Shown in pieces: positions 36,035 through 46,189 of a DNA stretch of 63,199 nucleotides. A program made the position numbers and the translations under genes. The first letter of the stretch is position 1, and each line of letters starts with the position of its first letter. Source of the stretch: a virus (lineage: Duplodnaviria; Caudoviricetes); IMG/VR virus record IMGVR_UViG_3300044484_000087, positions 1-63,199 of that record; one strand, given 5' to 3'. The notes beneath the pieces are model-generated. The model did not search any database and was not told the origin of the DNA. It worked only from the letters and a program-made list of their open reading frames with translations.

Positions 36035-36472
36035 TCAGATGGGGATGATGTCGTCCCCGGAAAGCGTCCACTCCACCTGGGCCATCTCGCCCTCGTTGGC
36101 CATCTCCAGGTCGGGCAGGGCGCGCTTCTTGGGGAACACGCCGCTCAGCGTGAACGAGCGGAAGTTGGCGCCGCTCACACGCTCGTGCACCAGCGTGACG
36201 GTTTTCTTGTAGGTGGGCAGCACGGGGTCTTGAGACTCACGGAACCACAGCTCCAACGCGGCCTGCTCCGCGGCGTGGTGCATGGGGACCATGATCGTGA
36301 ACTCGAAAGCAGCGCGGTTGCCGCCCGACACGACCGTTCGGTCTGGCATCTCTGCGGTCTGGAGCTCATCTTCGATGCCGCTGATCTCCGTGCACGTGAT
36401 CGGGATCATTCCCAGCACCAGGAGCTGGTACCGATTCACCGGCATGTGGTCTGGTTGGATGACGCCCTTCAT
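36035..36472 (-). CDS. Tail tube protein (T4 gp19-like)
   Basis: 145 aa; EISG.E, L..W, KK.VTL, F.L.GVFP.K...PDL. Confidence 0.85.
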   Translation of the reverse strand: MKGVIQPDHMPVNRYQLLVLGMIPITCTEISGIEDELQTAEMPDRTVVSGGNRAAFEFTIMVPMHHAAEQAALELWFRESQDPVLPTYKKTVTLVHERVSGANFRSFTLSGVFPKKRALPDLEMANEGEMAQVEWTLSGDDIIPI

Positions 36473-36524
36473 GCTTGTTCTCCTTCAATCACGCTTTTCT
36501 TTCGACCCCGTGATCAGGCCGTGC

Positions 36525-36983
36525 CTACTCCACCTTGACCGACCGGAGGGACAGCGACACGTCCAGGTCGGCCGCGCCCGTCGCCACGGCGGTGACTTCC
36601 ACCTCGATGTAGTCGCCCGCGCTGAACTCCGCCGCCGCGTCCCCGCTCAGGTCCGCGAGCTGCGCCTCACCATCGGCCACATCGTGGGCCACGGCAACCC
36701 CCGTCGCCAACGGCGTGCCGTTCTTGTTGACGACGACGGTGGTGCTGCCCGCCGTGCCGCACGTCCCCAAGCGCGCCGCGATGTCCCCGATGACGCCATC
36801 GAACGGCGCCACCACGGCCGCCTTCACGCCCGTCGAAACGGCGCCCACCTGAGCGGCGTTGAGAGGCGTCCCCGCCTTGGCCATCGCGGTGAGCACTTCG
36901 CGCAGGACGCTGGGCGCGCCGTGCGACTGGTCCATCCCGGCGCCCGCTTCGCCCAGCAGCTTCTTCAGAGTAGGTGCAGTCAT
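36525..36983 (-). CDS. Putative structural protein between sheath and tube
   Basis: Ala/Gly/Val-rich beta protein, strong GC3 codon bias, RBS AGGGAGA. Confidence 0.6.
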   Translation of the reverse strand: MTAPTLKKLLGEAGAGMDQSHGAPSVLREVLTAMAKAGTPLNAAQVGAVSTGVKAAVVAPFDGVIGDIAARLGTCGTAGSTTVVVNKNGTPLATGVAVAHDVADGEAQLADLSGDAAAEFSAGDYIEVEVTAVATGAADLDVSLSLRSVKVE

Positions 36984-37004
36984 GTCTTTCTCCCTTTGGG
37001 CGGG

Positions 37005-39332
37005 TTACGCCACATTCTCGAAAATGCCCTGCTTGCCAATCTTGATGATGAACCGCTCCACCGTGTCGGCAAGCCTCAACGAGACTTCGGCAAACTTGTC
37101 GCCCGCTGCACGGGTGGCGTCCGTGTTGATCTCGGAATCGACCTTGATCTTGGCCGCATCCTCGAAAGTGTTGCCGCGGATGGCGCGCTTCACAAACTCC
37201 GGGATGAAGTACGACTGGAGCGCCGACATCGCCTGTGCATCGGACGCAGCGTCGTTGATGGCAAAGATGATCCAGTCGAAGTTCTCCCTGAGAACCTGTT
37301 CGTAGTGGCTCATCTGCTCGCGCTGGTGCTTGAAGCGCCAGGTCGGGTCGGTCTGGATGGTGCGGTCGCCCCACAGGATGAAGTTGCCGCGCACCTTCTT
37401 GATGACGTTGATGCCCGCGGGGTTGAGCTGCTCTTCGTTGAGGATGGCTTCGCCCGTGGGAATCTTGAGCACCCGGGGCAGCGTCGCGTCCACGCCGGCT
37501 TCCGCCTTGTGGTAGCCGTCGTAATCCGCAGCGATGCGGGCTTCCCGACCCAAGATCATGCCCACACCAGAGATGGTCTTGAGGCGGCCCTCCCGCGCGA
37601 ACGCGGGATCAGGATGCGGCACGTCCACGTAGGTGGGCAGGTGCGTCACACCGTAGTCGTTGCGACCGATGGTGTCGTTGATGTACGCGAGGGCGCCCGA
37701 TTCCGTCACCACGTTGGCGGGGATTTCGACCCTGTACTGATGATTCTTCTTGCTTGCGTAGTCCAGGCCCGCCTTCTGGACAGCGGTGGACGTGACGCCG
37801 GGCGTGGCAAGCTTGATCAGACCGAAGTTCTTGCCCACGGTGCGGTTGAAAGGCGATGCGTCCGCATCCCAAGCCTTGTTCTGGTAGTCCGCATCGGTGA
37901 TGTCGGCGTTGCCATCGCGCCCGCCCGCGAGCGACAGCGGCGCCTCGACCAAGAACTGCTCGCCAATCGCGCCGATGGACGAGATGGTCGAACCAGTCGG
38001 CACGGTGATGGTCTTGTGGGTGTTGGCGTCGATGCGGAAGTTGTCCCGCTTGTTGTTCACCTTGTCGGGGTACAGCCGCCCGCCCACAAGCGACCCCGCA
38101 CGGAACGGCTTGTAGTTGATCTCCAGCGTGTCCGTGGCGGCCAGCGGCGAACCGCCCGCCGTGACGGTGAACGGCGGCACCCACTTGTTGCGAAGCGCGC
38201 CGCCCGCCGCGTTGGGTGGGTCGAACAACGTGCCCAGCGTGACAACGCCCAGGGCTCCGAACCGACTGGACGACGCCGTGCCCGATGTGGCCGACGTCAT
38301 CGTGATGGTGATCTTCTGATCCAGATGCGTGTCGGTGGTCGCGCCCAACGCAAAGGTCGGGTTGCCGCCGCCTGGCGAGTTGATGGTGAAATCGTGGATG
38401 GTCGCCGTCAGCACCGTCGATGTGATCGCGGCGATGAGACCGTAGTGGTTGGCCGGGCGCTGCGATGCGGTGTGTGCGCCGGTGATCTGGTCGGTGACGA
38501 TGATCTCGTTGTTGCCATCGTCGTTGTTGATGATGTTCGCCCAGTAGCGCGCGTTGTTCGGGTCGGTGTGAAGATTGCCGTACTTCTTCACGACATCCCC
38601 GTCCACGAGCACCGTGAGGCTGAACTCGGTGTCCGGCCGTTCCTCGCCGTCCCCGATGAGGATGGAAACGCGCTTGCCTTCCGTTTCCAGCGTCAGGTAG
38701 AAGCGCAGATTGGTAGGCGCCGCCGCCGCCGTCCAATCATCCTTCATCTTCTGATCGGAAGCGACGGTGATGAGACCCGTGCTGGTGTTGCCAACGATGG
38801 GGTAGCGCTTGTTGGCCACGGCGTCCAACTCGATGTAGCCGCCCTTCCACTCGTTGGTCTTGAACAGCGTCGCCATCGAGACAGGCAGCTGAAGGGTGGT
38901 ATTCAGCAGGTCGCCCGACACCGTCAGGTCGCCCGATGCGAACTGCTCCTTGCCGCCCCAGCGCCCGCCGTTGTCCGCCTCGACCAGACCCATGGGCGTG
39001 AGCAGCGAAGCGTTGCGCTGGTACAACGTCCGACTCGCCTTGCGCTCGTTGCCATCGGTCACACGGACCAGGAGCAAGCCGCCCGCGCCGTTTGCCAGGC
39101 TGTAGTAGTCGAGCGCCGCATCGGGCAGGAGCGAATCGGAGATGATGCTACCGCACTTCTTGTTGTAGCTGGTCTTGTCGAATGCCTCGATCAACGTCCC
39201 GGGGCGACCCTTTTCCATGATGCCGGCGAAACCCGCGAGTCCCAGAGCACCGGGGGCAATCTGCTTCTCGCCCTCTTGCTCGATGATCCCAACGCCCGCG
39301 CCGCGAACGGGGCCAAAACGCTTCTGTGCCAT
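37005..39332 (-). CDS. Contractile tail sheath protein
   Basis: GV.IIE, LAGGRDG, LNPAGINVI, ILWGDRT, W..F.IND, ERFII.I. Confidence 0.95.
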   Translation of the reverse strand: MAQKRFGPVRGAGVGIIEQEGEKQIAPGALGLAGFAGIMEKGRPGTLIEAFDKTSYNKKCGSIISDSLLPDAALDYYSLANGAGGLLLVRVTDGNERKASRTLYQRNASLLTPMGLVEADNGGRWGGKEQFASGDLTVSGDLLNTTLQLPVSMATLFKTNEWKGGYIELDAVANKRYPIVGNTSTGLITVASDQKMKDDWTAAAAPTNLRFYLTLETEGKRVSILIGDGEERPDTEFSLTVLVDGDVVKKYGNLHTDPNNARYWANIINNDDGNNEIIVTDQITGAHTASQRPANHYGLIAAITSTVLTATIHDFTINSPGGGNPTFALGATTDTHLDQKITITMTSATSGTASSSRFGALGVVTLGTLFDPPNAAGGALRNKWVPPFTVTAGGSPLAATDTLEINYKPFRAGSLVGGRLYPDKVNNKRDNFRIDANTHKTITVPTGSTISSIGAIGEQFLVEAPLSLAGGRDGNADITDADYQNKAWDADASPFNRTVGKNFGLIKLATPGVTSTAVQKAGLDYASKKNHQYRVEIPANVVTESGALAYINDTIGRNDYGVTHLPTYVDVPHPDPAFAREGRLKTISGVGMILGREARIAADYDGYHKAEAGVDATLPRVLKIPTGEAILNEEQLNPAGINVIKKVRGNFILWGDRTIQTDPTWRFKHQREQMSHYEQVLRENFDWIIFAINDAASDAQAMSALQSYFIPEFVKRAIRGNTFEDAAKIKVDSEINTDATRAAGDKFAEVSLRLADTVERFIIKIGKQGIFENVA

Positions 39333-39357
39333 GTTAGATGTCCTCCTGGGGGCGGAT

Positions 39358-40590
39358 TCAGGCCCGGGTCATTTGCAGCGCAAAGTCGAGCACTCCGGTG
39401 ATATCCACGGCGTCACTGTCGTAGAATACTGCCTTGACTATGCGCAAGCGAAATACGCCCGTGCGAGACTCTTGCTGCGTGGGGAAGCCTCTCAACTCAA
39501 AGTCCTCAAGCAACTGTATCCGGTAAGGCTCATCCTGTCCAACCGAACGAAACAAGCCCTTGTCAGCGTACTTGCGGATTTCAAGGACGATTCTTGCCAA
39601 GTCTTTGCTCTTGTCTGTAAGGATGCGCCCGGACAGCTCGATGTCGGACTGCGAGGCGTTGACTTGCTTCCCTGCGCCTGTCGCTTTGTTGATCACATAC
39701 TCCGACTTGATGGCTTCTCCGAAACGCAGGCCATCGACGCTTTCAAACACGATTTGAGGGACTTTTTCCACCTCGATGTAATCTTGGCTCGTGTTGACGG
39801 CGATGGGCAATTGGTACAGGAAGTTGATGCGGACGCGATTGCCCGCCGCGGGCGGAGCCGTGAGCGTGATGAGCTTGGTTACGGGGTTGAAAGAGCTGAA
39901 AAGATTGTTGAGCCTGCGGGCGTCCGCATCCAAGTCATACACGGCATCCACGCCAACGATGTCGTATGGCGTTTCAATTCGGTAGGCGCTTGCCAAGTCG
40001 ATGGCCGCCGTTCCATCCGACTCGATGTCGTGTTCGCCTATCGGGCGAACCTGTGCCCGCAGTTCAGGAATCAGCGAACGCCAAACATAATCTTCCAGCT
40101 CTTCCAAATCCGTTTCGGCTAGCAGCCGAACTGTCGCGACGTAAGGCGTGAAACGATCATCGGGCGTGCGCAGATTGATGATCAGTTGCAGCGACGGATC
40201 AAGCACAGGGAACGAAGCGATGTTGTTAGCAACTTCGGCTTCCGTGTTCCAATTGTTAGGAGCGGCAGGGACCCAAGCGGATGCGCCGCTGTTCCAATAA
40301 AGCTCTGGCCCGCCGTTGGATAGTCGATATCGAACGTCGGTGATGGGCTGTCCCAAGTCATCGATGGTGTGCTTCACGAAAGCTTGGAACCCCACCCAAC
40401 GCTTCAACGCTGCCGGAGCCGTTACCCAAGTTTTGACGTACAAATCTGGCGTCGTTGGGAACGCCCCGCCTGTGTCTTTCAGGCACAAAGCATTCAACGC
40501 CGGATCCAATCGAGTGCCCGGGCCGAAGGTGAGTTTGGCGCGGTTCTGTTCCTCGAAATCGAAGCTCTTGACGATGTGTTTGATTCTCAC
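39358..40590 (-). CDS. Putative tail completion/terminator protein with extra domains
   Basis: GTGA overlap at 40587-40590; lies immediately before the sheath gene. Confidence 0.55.
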   Translation of the reverse strand: MRIKHIVKSFDFEEQNRAKLTFGPGTRLDPALNALCLKDTGGAFPTTPDLYVKTWVTAPAALKRWVGFQAFVKHTIDDLGQPITDVRYRLSNGGPELYWNSGASAWVPAAPNNWNTEAEVANNIASFPVLDPSLQLIINLRTPDDRFTPYVATVRLLAETDLEELEDYVWRSLIPELRAQVRPIGEHDIESDGTAAIDLASAYRIETPYDIVGVDAVYDLDADARRLNNLFSSFNPVTKLITLTAPPAAGNRVRINFLYQLPIAVNTSQDYIEVEKVPQIVFESVDGLRFGEAIKSEYVINKATGAGKQVNASQSDIELSGRILTDKSKDLARIVLEIRKYADKGLFRSVGQDEPYRIQLLEDFELRGFPTQQESRTGVFRLRIVKAVFYDSDAVDITGVLDFALQMTRA

Positions 40591-41207
40591 GTCGCCCCCG
40601 CTTGGGCGGCTGCCGCCGTGAATGACGCTTGCACGGCCAACTGCCAGTTTTTCACGATAACGTCCTTCAAGCTTTGGTCGTTGAACGTCATCTGTACATA
40701 GGGCCGTTCGGGGATCACGATGTAGCTTGTCGAAGCATTGAGAGGCAACCAACCTTGGTATCGTTCAAACAAATCGGCCGCTCGCCCCGTGAGGCTATCT
40801 GCCGTGCGCGAGTCTTGCGCAGCCTTCCAAAGCCTGAAGAACAGCCCTCGCATCTTGGGCGTGACTAGCACAGAAGCGCCGTTGTGGACGGTAACAGCCA
40901 CGTTGAATGTCTTATCGGCACGCAGGGTGCCGATGAACACGTTGTTCCACGCCGTGTCCTTCCAAGTGATGTTGTGCCACAACGTGGCCGAATCTATCAG
41001 GGGCTTGTCGCTGCCTTTGAGAGCCTGTGTAAGCGCAGCGTTTTTGGGCGGAACCACCTGCTGTATCGTTTGGCGCATCGCCCGTGCGGCAACAGCACCG
41101 TTCAACTGATTGGCGCGGTGCACATTCTGCCTAAGCAACGCATCAAAACGCTTCGGATCAAGGGCCGCACGCAGCTTGTCTGTGCCTGTGATCTTCAACC
41201 GTATCAC
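40587..41207 (-). CDS. Neck/tail completion protein (Mu gpG / HK97 gp10-like)
   Basis: PKNAALT..LKGSDKPLIDSATL..NI, VHNGA, IPERPY. Confidence 0.75.
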   Translation of the reverse strand: MIRLKITGTDKLRAALDPKRFDALLRQNVHRANQLNGAVAARAMRQTIQQVVPPKNAALTQALKGSDKPLIDSATLWHNITWKDTAWNNVFIGTLRADKTFNVAVTVHNGASVLVTPKMRGLFFRLWKAAQDSRTADSLTGRAADLFERYQGWLPLNASTSYIVIPERPYVQMTFNDQSLKDVIVKNWQLAVQASFTAAAAQAGAT

Positions 41208-41617
41208 AGCGTCCCTCGATTCTGCCGCGAGGGCTCCCGGGCACGAAAGTTGGCCTTGATCAACGTAGGCCCGCCAAACTCTTGCCAATGGCCTTCATGT
41301 CGAAAGCTGACGATATACAGGTCCACATCGACGCTTCCCAGCTTGATAAAGCGATCATTGAGCGCCAACGTGACGCCTTGGGATTCCAAATCTACACGCC
41401 GAAACAACACATAGCCGTCTGCTTCGCTTGACACGCCACCATGCCCCGCGCGTAGCTCTTCATCAGAAAACCACTTGATCTGCCCAGGAACCGTTTTGTT
41501 CGACAAACGAGCCGACTGCTGGACAGGCTCCCTGTAATCATCATCCACATAGGTCTTGGCGTCATTCCTATTCTGGATGACTACTGGGACCGGATGGATG
41601 AGGTTCGGCAGTGGCAA
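41204..41617 (-). CDS. Putative head closure (stopper) protein
   Basis: 137 aa, follows the adaptor; DDDYREP, G..F...DL pattern. Confidence 0.6.
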   Translation of the reverse strand: MPLPNLIHPVPVVIQNRNDAKTYVDDDYREPVQQSARLSNKTVPGQIKWFSDEELRAGHGGVSSEADGYVLFRRVDLESQGVTLALNDRFIKLGSVDVDLYIVSFRHEGHWQEFGGPTLIKANFRAREPSRQNRGTL

Positions 41618-41622
41618 GGGGC

Positions 41623-42729
41623 TTACCTGTAAGACGGGTTGGCCTGGGTGGCGACGCCGATGGGGGCGCGATACATCCGAAGAATGGCGTGGATTTCAGG
41701 GTCGTTGGTGATGCCCGCCAATGGGCCGCCTTGGCGCGACGCCAATGGGCCGCCTGGGTATTCATACCGAATACGGTGGCCATCGGTCCATTCCTCTTTG
41801 ACGATGCCTTGGACCAAGGGCGGGACCAAGCCGGGCGGAGGCGTCCCCGCGATTGGGCGCGCCAACTTTTCGACCACCAGCTTGATCAACGCGCGTTGGA
41901 TCATAGCGGGCGGGGCTCCGGTTTCCGTGACGTAGCCAAACACGCCCTTGACGTACTGGTTTTGGCGTCCCTTTCGGAACAAGCTCCGCCCCGTTCGCAT
42001 CGGCGCCGTGTAGATGTCGCGGTGCGATTCCAAGCTGTCGACCAGCTTGATGCGAGGGTTGCCCTTGTGATCGGGATACCGCTGCGCGTTGTACACCTTG
42101 TACCGGGAGGCGTCCAGCGGCGTTTCCTCGTTGTTGATGCGAATCTCATCGATGGAGATGATGGGGACGCCAAAGTGAATCGCGTCCGAATCTGTCCCAT
42201 CCAGATACAGCTCCAACGGGATGGGTCGGAACCACTGTCGCGTGGCGCGGTCGATGAACTCCTGCCACACGCAGATTGCCGTTTGGATGTCTGAATCCGA
42301 AGGCGGATCCACATTCAAGCCCGCCGCCCGAACGTCCGACACCGTGACATAGTCGTTCACGGTCGCCGCAGCGGGGGCCGCCAACACTTCAAACTCTTCA
42401 AAAAACTGTTGTTCCGGGGATGTCGGAAGCAGCTTGAAGTACCAGCGCACTTCCCACGTGCCAAGCACAGCTGTCAACGGCACGGTGTACGTAGCGTGGT
42501 ATCGACCTGTGGACAACTTACCGCCGGCCGGGCAGAGGGCAAGATTCACGGGCTGGCGAGCGCCAATCGTGGAAGGGAAAACCTGAATCGGGCTTCCAGG
42601 GTTGGTTACTTTCTCGAAAATCTGGAACTCAAGCGCCGAGATGTCCGTCAGCATCCCGTTCACCTTGGTGAAAATGTCCAAGATGGGCGTGGTGCAGTCG
42701 CTTGTTTGGCCTCGCGCTAAAGCTGGCAT
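41623..42729 (-). CDS. Head-tail adaptor with N-terminal Ig-like domain
   Basis: YVTVSDVR...ID..T.QWF...LDG, G.QN..V.G.FGY...P..I..A, IL..YR. N-terminal TGRY.ATY...GTW...W. Confidence 0.75.
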   Translation of the reverse strand: MPALARGQTSDCTTPILDIFTKVNGMLTDISALEFQIFEKVTNPGSPIQVFPSTIGARQPVNLALCPAGGKLSTGRYHATYTVPLTAVLGTWEVRWYFKLLPTSPEQQFFEEFEVLAAPAAATVNDYVTVSDVRAAGLNVDPPSDSDIQTAICVWQEFIDRATRQWFRPIPLELYLDGTDSDAIHFGVPIISIDEIRINNEETPLDASRYKVYNAQRYPDHKGNPRIKLVDSLESHRDIYTAPMRTGRSLFRKGRQNQYVKGVFGYVTETGAPPAMIQRALIKLVVEKLARPIAGTPPPGLVPPLVQGIVKEEWTDGHRIRYEYPGGPLASRQGGPLAGITNDPEIHAILRMYRAPIGVATQANPSYR

Positions 42730-42741
42730 GATGTCTCCAAT

Positions 42742-43650
42742 TTACGCCGCCACAACCTCGAAAGCGCCCGCAACGACGTTGAAAGCGCCCGCTATGACGT
42801 TGGTTCCGCCCGTTCCGGATTCCACCTCCGTGGACTCCGACAAGCTTACCTGATCGGACATTTCACGGCCCGCGTGCTGTGAAATCTGTACCTGGTCCAA
42901 TGCCGATGCCGAATCATCTTGCGTTCGGTGAGCTTGGTATTCGAGCGCCCTTGAATCGGAAACAGACACAGGCTCCAAGTTTTCTATCCAAACTTGGAAT
43001 GTGGACTCCAACCGTAGCGACTCCCCTAGCGTTGCTGCGTCGGACAGCTCCACGTAGCGCTGCAACCCAACCGCATCGATCAACGATACCACATCGACCA
43101 AGATTCGATTGGTATCGACAGCCCGAATCACAGACTCCGCTAGCGCCAACGCATCTTGCGCTCGACGGGAATAGTCCATGTTTACCACGCCGCCGTCGAT
43201 GGCTGCGATGGCGTCCGACGCCACCAGAAATAGCCACTCGATCACGGGCAAGTCAACTACATGCAAATAATCGCCATGTTGGATGATGAATCCAATGGGT
43301 GCAGTTACGCAATCCTCGCCACCCGACGCACTCACCGGCCCATCCGGAGAAACGGTGTATGCGTAAGCAGACCCAACGACGATGCCGCCCAGTATGGTTT
43401 CGCCCTGTAAGGCGGCACCACCTAGGTATACAGCATCATCGGCGGCAACGGCGTCACTCGCCATGCGATGGAATGCCGTTGCCGTCCGGGCCGTATCCGT
43501 TGCCGCCACGGCGTCAGGCCCAACGAAGTCTTTGGACACCAGGAGGGCGTCCAACATGCCAATCGCGTCAGCGGCGTAAGCTCCGGTCGTGAACTCCACG
43601 GCTAGCTGATCGGCAAGCGCGATTTGATCCGAAGCAGCCCCGCTGAGCAT
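42742..43650 (-). CDS. Acidic repeat-containing structural protein (neck/head fibre?)
   Basis: Recurring SD/DA-x(4-5)-D/E-(S/A) units; 21-bp duplication at 42760-42801. Start uncertain. Confidence 0.5.
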   Translation of the reverse strand: MLSGAASDQIALADQLAVEFTTGAYAADAIGMLDALLVSKDFVGPDAVAATDTARTATAFHRMASDAVAADDAVYLGGAALQGETILGGIVVGSAYAYTVSPDGPVSASGGEDCVTAPIGFIIQHGDYLHVVDLPVIEWLFLVASDAIAAIDGGVVNMDYSRRAQDALALAESVIRAVDTNRILVDVVSLIDAVGLQRYVELSDAATLGESLRLESTFQVWIENLEPVSVSDSRALEYQAHRTQDDSASALDQVQISQHAGREMSDQVSLSESTEVESGTGGTNVIAGAFNVVAGAFEVVAA

Positions 43651-43668
43651 ACCATACCTGTGCTTGTG

Positions 43669-43863
43669 TTACACTTCCATCACGACGCGGCAAGCCTTTG
43701 AAGAGCAGATTCTGCGCTTGGCAATCGTTTCGCCCTGCTCTCCAAGAACAGGGTGGTGCTCTTTCGTTTCGGCCCCGCAACGCGGGCACGGCGCCGTAGG
43801 CGAGCTTGGCGCGACTTCCAAGCGCGCGTGTGCGCTGTCTTGGAAGTGAACAACGTCTTTCAT
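43669..43863 (-). CDS. Small zinc-ribbon protein
   Basis: CPRC...CSSKAC; RBS GGGAG. Confidence 0.5.
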   Translation of the reverse strand: MKDVVHFQDSAHARLEVAPSSPTAPCPRCGAETKEHHPVLGEQGETIAKRRICSSKACRVVMEV

Positions 43864-43894
43864 GTCTCGCCCGCTCCCGACGCAACCCCTTGCG

Positions 43895-44380
43895 TCAGGT
43901 GATGCGCACGTTGTATGTGATCTTGAGCTTGTCAGCGGTGGTCTTGTTCACGGCCGCGAACGTCGCCCTCATCAGCGCCGACCCGCCGGGCGATGTGTTC
44001 TGGTTGAGCACCACGACTTCCTTGATGCCCGTGGCCGACTTGCTACCGCCACCGCTGGGATAGCTGACCACCAGTTGGAATGTCCGGGTTCCCGCAAGCA
44101 GCGTCTTGGAATCCGCGGTGTTGAGCGTTCCGGTGACCGGGCTGATGACGTTGGTCTGGCCGCTGTTCGCCGCCGCACCACACGTGCCGATGCGGAACTG
44201 GTCCCAGTCGTTCAGGTTCAGGCCCGCGGCCTGCCTCCAGGTCTGGCGCTTGCCCGTGTTGAGGACGAGGTTGTGGACCTCACGGCGAATGACGCGGGGG
44301 CCGTCTTTGCCGTCGCGGATCAGCTCGACCGTGACGAATCCGCCAAACTGTTTGCTTTCCAGAGAGTCATTGACGTGCAT
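43895..44380 (-). CDS. Structural protein, collar/fibre-base-like
   Basis: HNLVLNTG...IGT...GQT...GIKE...LMRATFAAVNK..DKL.ITY pattern seen in fibre-attachment proteins. Confidence 0.6.
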   Translation of the reverse strand: MHVNDSLESKQFGGFVTVELIRDGKDGPRVIRREVHNLVLNTGKRQTWRQAAGLNLNDWDQFRIGTCGAAANSGQTNVISPVTGTLNTADSKTLLAGTRTFQLVVSYPSGGGSKSATGIKEVVVLNQNTSPGGSALMRATFAAVNKTTADKLKITYNVRIT

Positions 44381-46163
44381 TGATGGCCTCTTCCAAGATA
44401 CTAATGTTGGACTTCGCCTCTTCAAAAACTGCGTCCGGGGCGTCGGGCGGCAGCTGCTCGATCACAACCTTGGCCCAGTGCAGCGATTCTTGGAGCGCTC
44501 CGACTTCGCCACACACCATAGCAAGCCGTTGGGCGGGCGTGTAGCTGTAGTAGCACAGATCAATCCACCACACCGTAAATGGCGGCATGCCGATGGTTGT
44601 GGAAGCGTACGTGTAGAAACGATACGCCTTTTCAAACTCGCCTGCGTTGAAAGCCAAGTCGCCAAGCCAGATCCAATGCTCCGTGCGACTCCAATCGTCG
44701 CCCGTGCAACCAAGCAGATACTGGCGTGCCCGCTCTGTTTCGCCTTGGTTGATACACTCTTTGGCCAGGATCAGGCGCGCTTGGTACTTTTGGACGCCAT
44801 TGTTGGACGTGGCCAAGAACTGGTCCAAGCGCTCGATGGCGCGTTGCGGATCCATATCCCGCCACTCTTGGCCAAGATAGAACAGACTGTTGATGTTCTT
44901 TTCAGTCTGCCAATCATCCATCAGCTGGCGACGATTCTGGGAGCGCCGTTGGACGGCGCGTTCGGCGCCCCGGGCCGCGTGGCGTTCGTGGAACGTGCGA
45001 ACCTGCGGGAGCATCACGGCAAATGTGCCCTCGGGGAAGTCCAGCATGTTGTGCACTGGCCGCCTGAAGCGGATGTCAGACGAGTTACGGAACAACCAAG
45101 GGAACGCCCACTGCTGGCCGTTCCCTTCCCGAAGCACAAATCCAACACGCGCTTCCTTGGGCAACACGGCTTCCAGCTGAAGCAAGAAGTCTTGCCCGGC
45201 CACCAGCCGTTCGTGGCCCTCGGTCATGAAAATCCAATCGCCCGTGCAGCGGGCGATGCATTGGTTGCGCGCCCAAGCAAAATTGACGCCGTTGGCGCCC
45301 ATGTATTGCTTACACACGGCGACCGATTGCCCGCCGGCCGCCGAACAAGCTTCGCACATCGTCTGTGTATGGCCGGTCGGCGGCCCTTCCGGAGATTGGA
45401 GGCTGAAGACGACATCGGCGTACTCAGCCGCCGCCTCCCAAGTGCCGTCCTTGGTACGGGGATCCACGCCGACGATCAACTCATCCGCGACCCCTCGGAA
45501 GCTGGCCAACACGGGGCCCAAGTCGCGGGCTTCATCGCGCACGGGCAAAGTGACGCTGAGTCGGAATGGCTTGTGTGCGATGTTCCCGCACACCCCAAGC
45601 AGATACGGCCCCATCACCTCGACCCGCACGGCTTTGCCCCAACACTGCTCCAACGCGCGCTTGAACGACATCGCCGTGAACTTGATGGCGTGCTGAGGCT
45701 CTTCATCCGGTCCCAGACGGTTGTTGGGAACAGATATGAGCGCCGACTGCCCTTGGTACCACATCGAATACAGCAAGGCGCCGCGCCCGGGGTAGTCGAA
45801 ATGCTCAAGGACTTCCGTGCAAACAAAGAACGGCACTGTGTGATCGGCGGGAACCCCGCCCGCCAAGTTGGCGTTCAGCGTCTTGGCGCCGCGTAGTTCT
45901 GCTTGCTTCAACGCCGATGCCGAGTGGTCGATGACCGTGACCTTGGCCTGGCGCTCTTGGATGAGCTTTTCCGCGAGCGAACCCGCGCCCCCGCCTACGT
46001 CCGTGACGGCCGCTCCGGGCGGAATCAGCTCCGCGATGCGGGCGTACACTCGTTTGAGGGCTTCAGCCCTCCACTCGACTTCCCCCGCAGTTTGCCAGAG
46101 CTTGTCCCAAATGTCTACAGAGTTGTTGCGTCGGGCTTGGTCTTGGACGATGGTTTGATCCAT
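44367..46163 (-). CDS. SAM methyltransferase - GT2 glycosyltransferase - TPR fusion
   Basis: DVGGGAG, EVLEH, ISVPN; LPVRDEA..L...LAS, DELIVGVD...DGT, FAWARN, GDWIF..EGHE, VHN; TPR-like helices at the C-terminus. Confidence 0.88.
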   Translation of the reverse strand: MDQTIVQDQARRNNSVDIWDKLWQTAGEVEWRAEALKRVYARIAELIPPGAAVTDVGGGAGSLAEKLIQERQAKVTVIDHSASALKQAELRGAKTLNANLAGGVPADHTVPFFVCTEVLEHFDYPGRGALLYSMWYQGQSALISVPNNRLGPDEEPQHAIKFTAMSFKRALEQCWGKAVRVEVMGPYLLGVCGNIAHKPFRLSVTLPVRDEARDLGPVLASFRGVADELIVGVDPRTKDGTWEAAAEYADVVFSLQSPEGPPTGHTQTMCEACSAAGGQSVAVCKQYMGANGVNFAWARNQCIARCTGDWIFMTEGHERLVAGQDFLLQLEAVLPKEARVGFVLREGNGQQWAFPWLFRNSSDIRFRRPVHNMLDFPEGTFAVMLPQVRTFHERHAARGAERAVQRRSQNRRQLMDDWQTEKNINSLFYLGQEWRDMDPQRAIERLDQFLATSNNGVQKYQARLILAKECINQGETERARQYLLGCTGDDWSRTEHWIWLGDLAFNAGEFEKAYRFYTYASTTIGMPPFTVWWIDLCYYSYTPAQRLAMVCGEVGALQESLHWAKVVIEQLPPDAPDAVFEEAKSNISILEEAINARQ

Positions 46164-46189
46164 GTTCCCTTTCTTCTGCCTAGGAGTGC

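Noticed and set aside
24494-39332. Extracellular contractile injection system or tailocin interpretation
   Set aside because: Terminase, portal, capsid and replication genes are contiguous, so this is a complete phage morphogenesis set.
36282-39401. 1039-aa plus-strand ORF
   Set aside because: Antisense shadow of the sheath gene caused by GC3 bias; Arg/Gly/Val-rich with no motifs.
44106-45896. 596-aa plus-strand ORF, and similar ones at 16208, 18600, 47924, 1227 and 7130
   Set aside because: All lie opposite well-supported minus-strand genes and show no recognisable domains.
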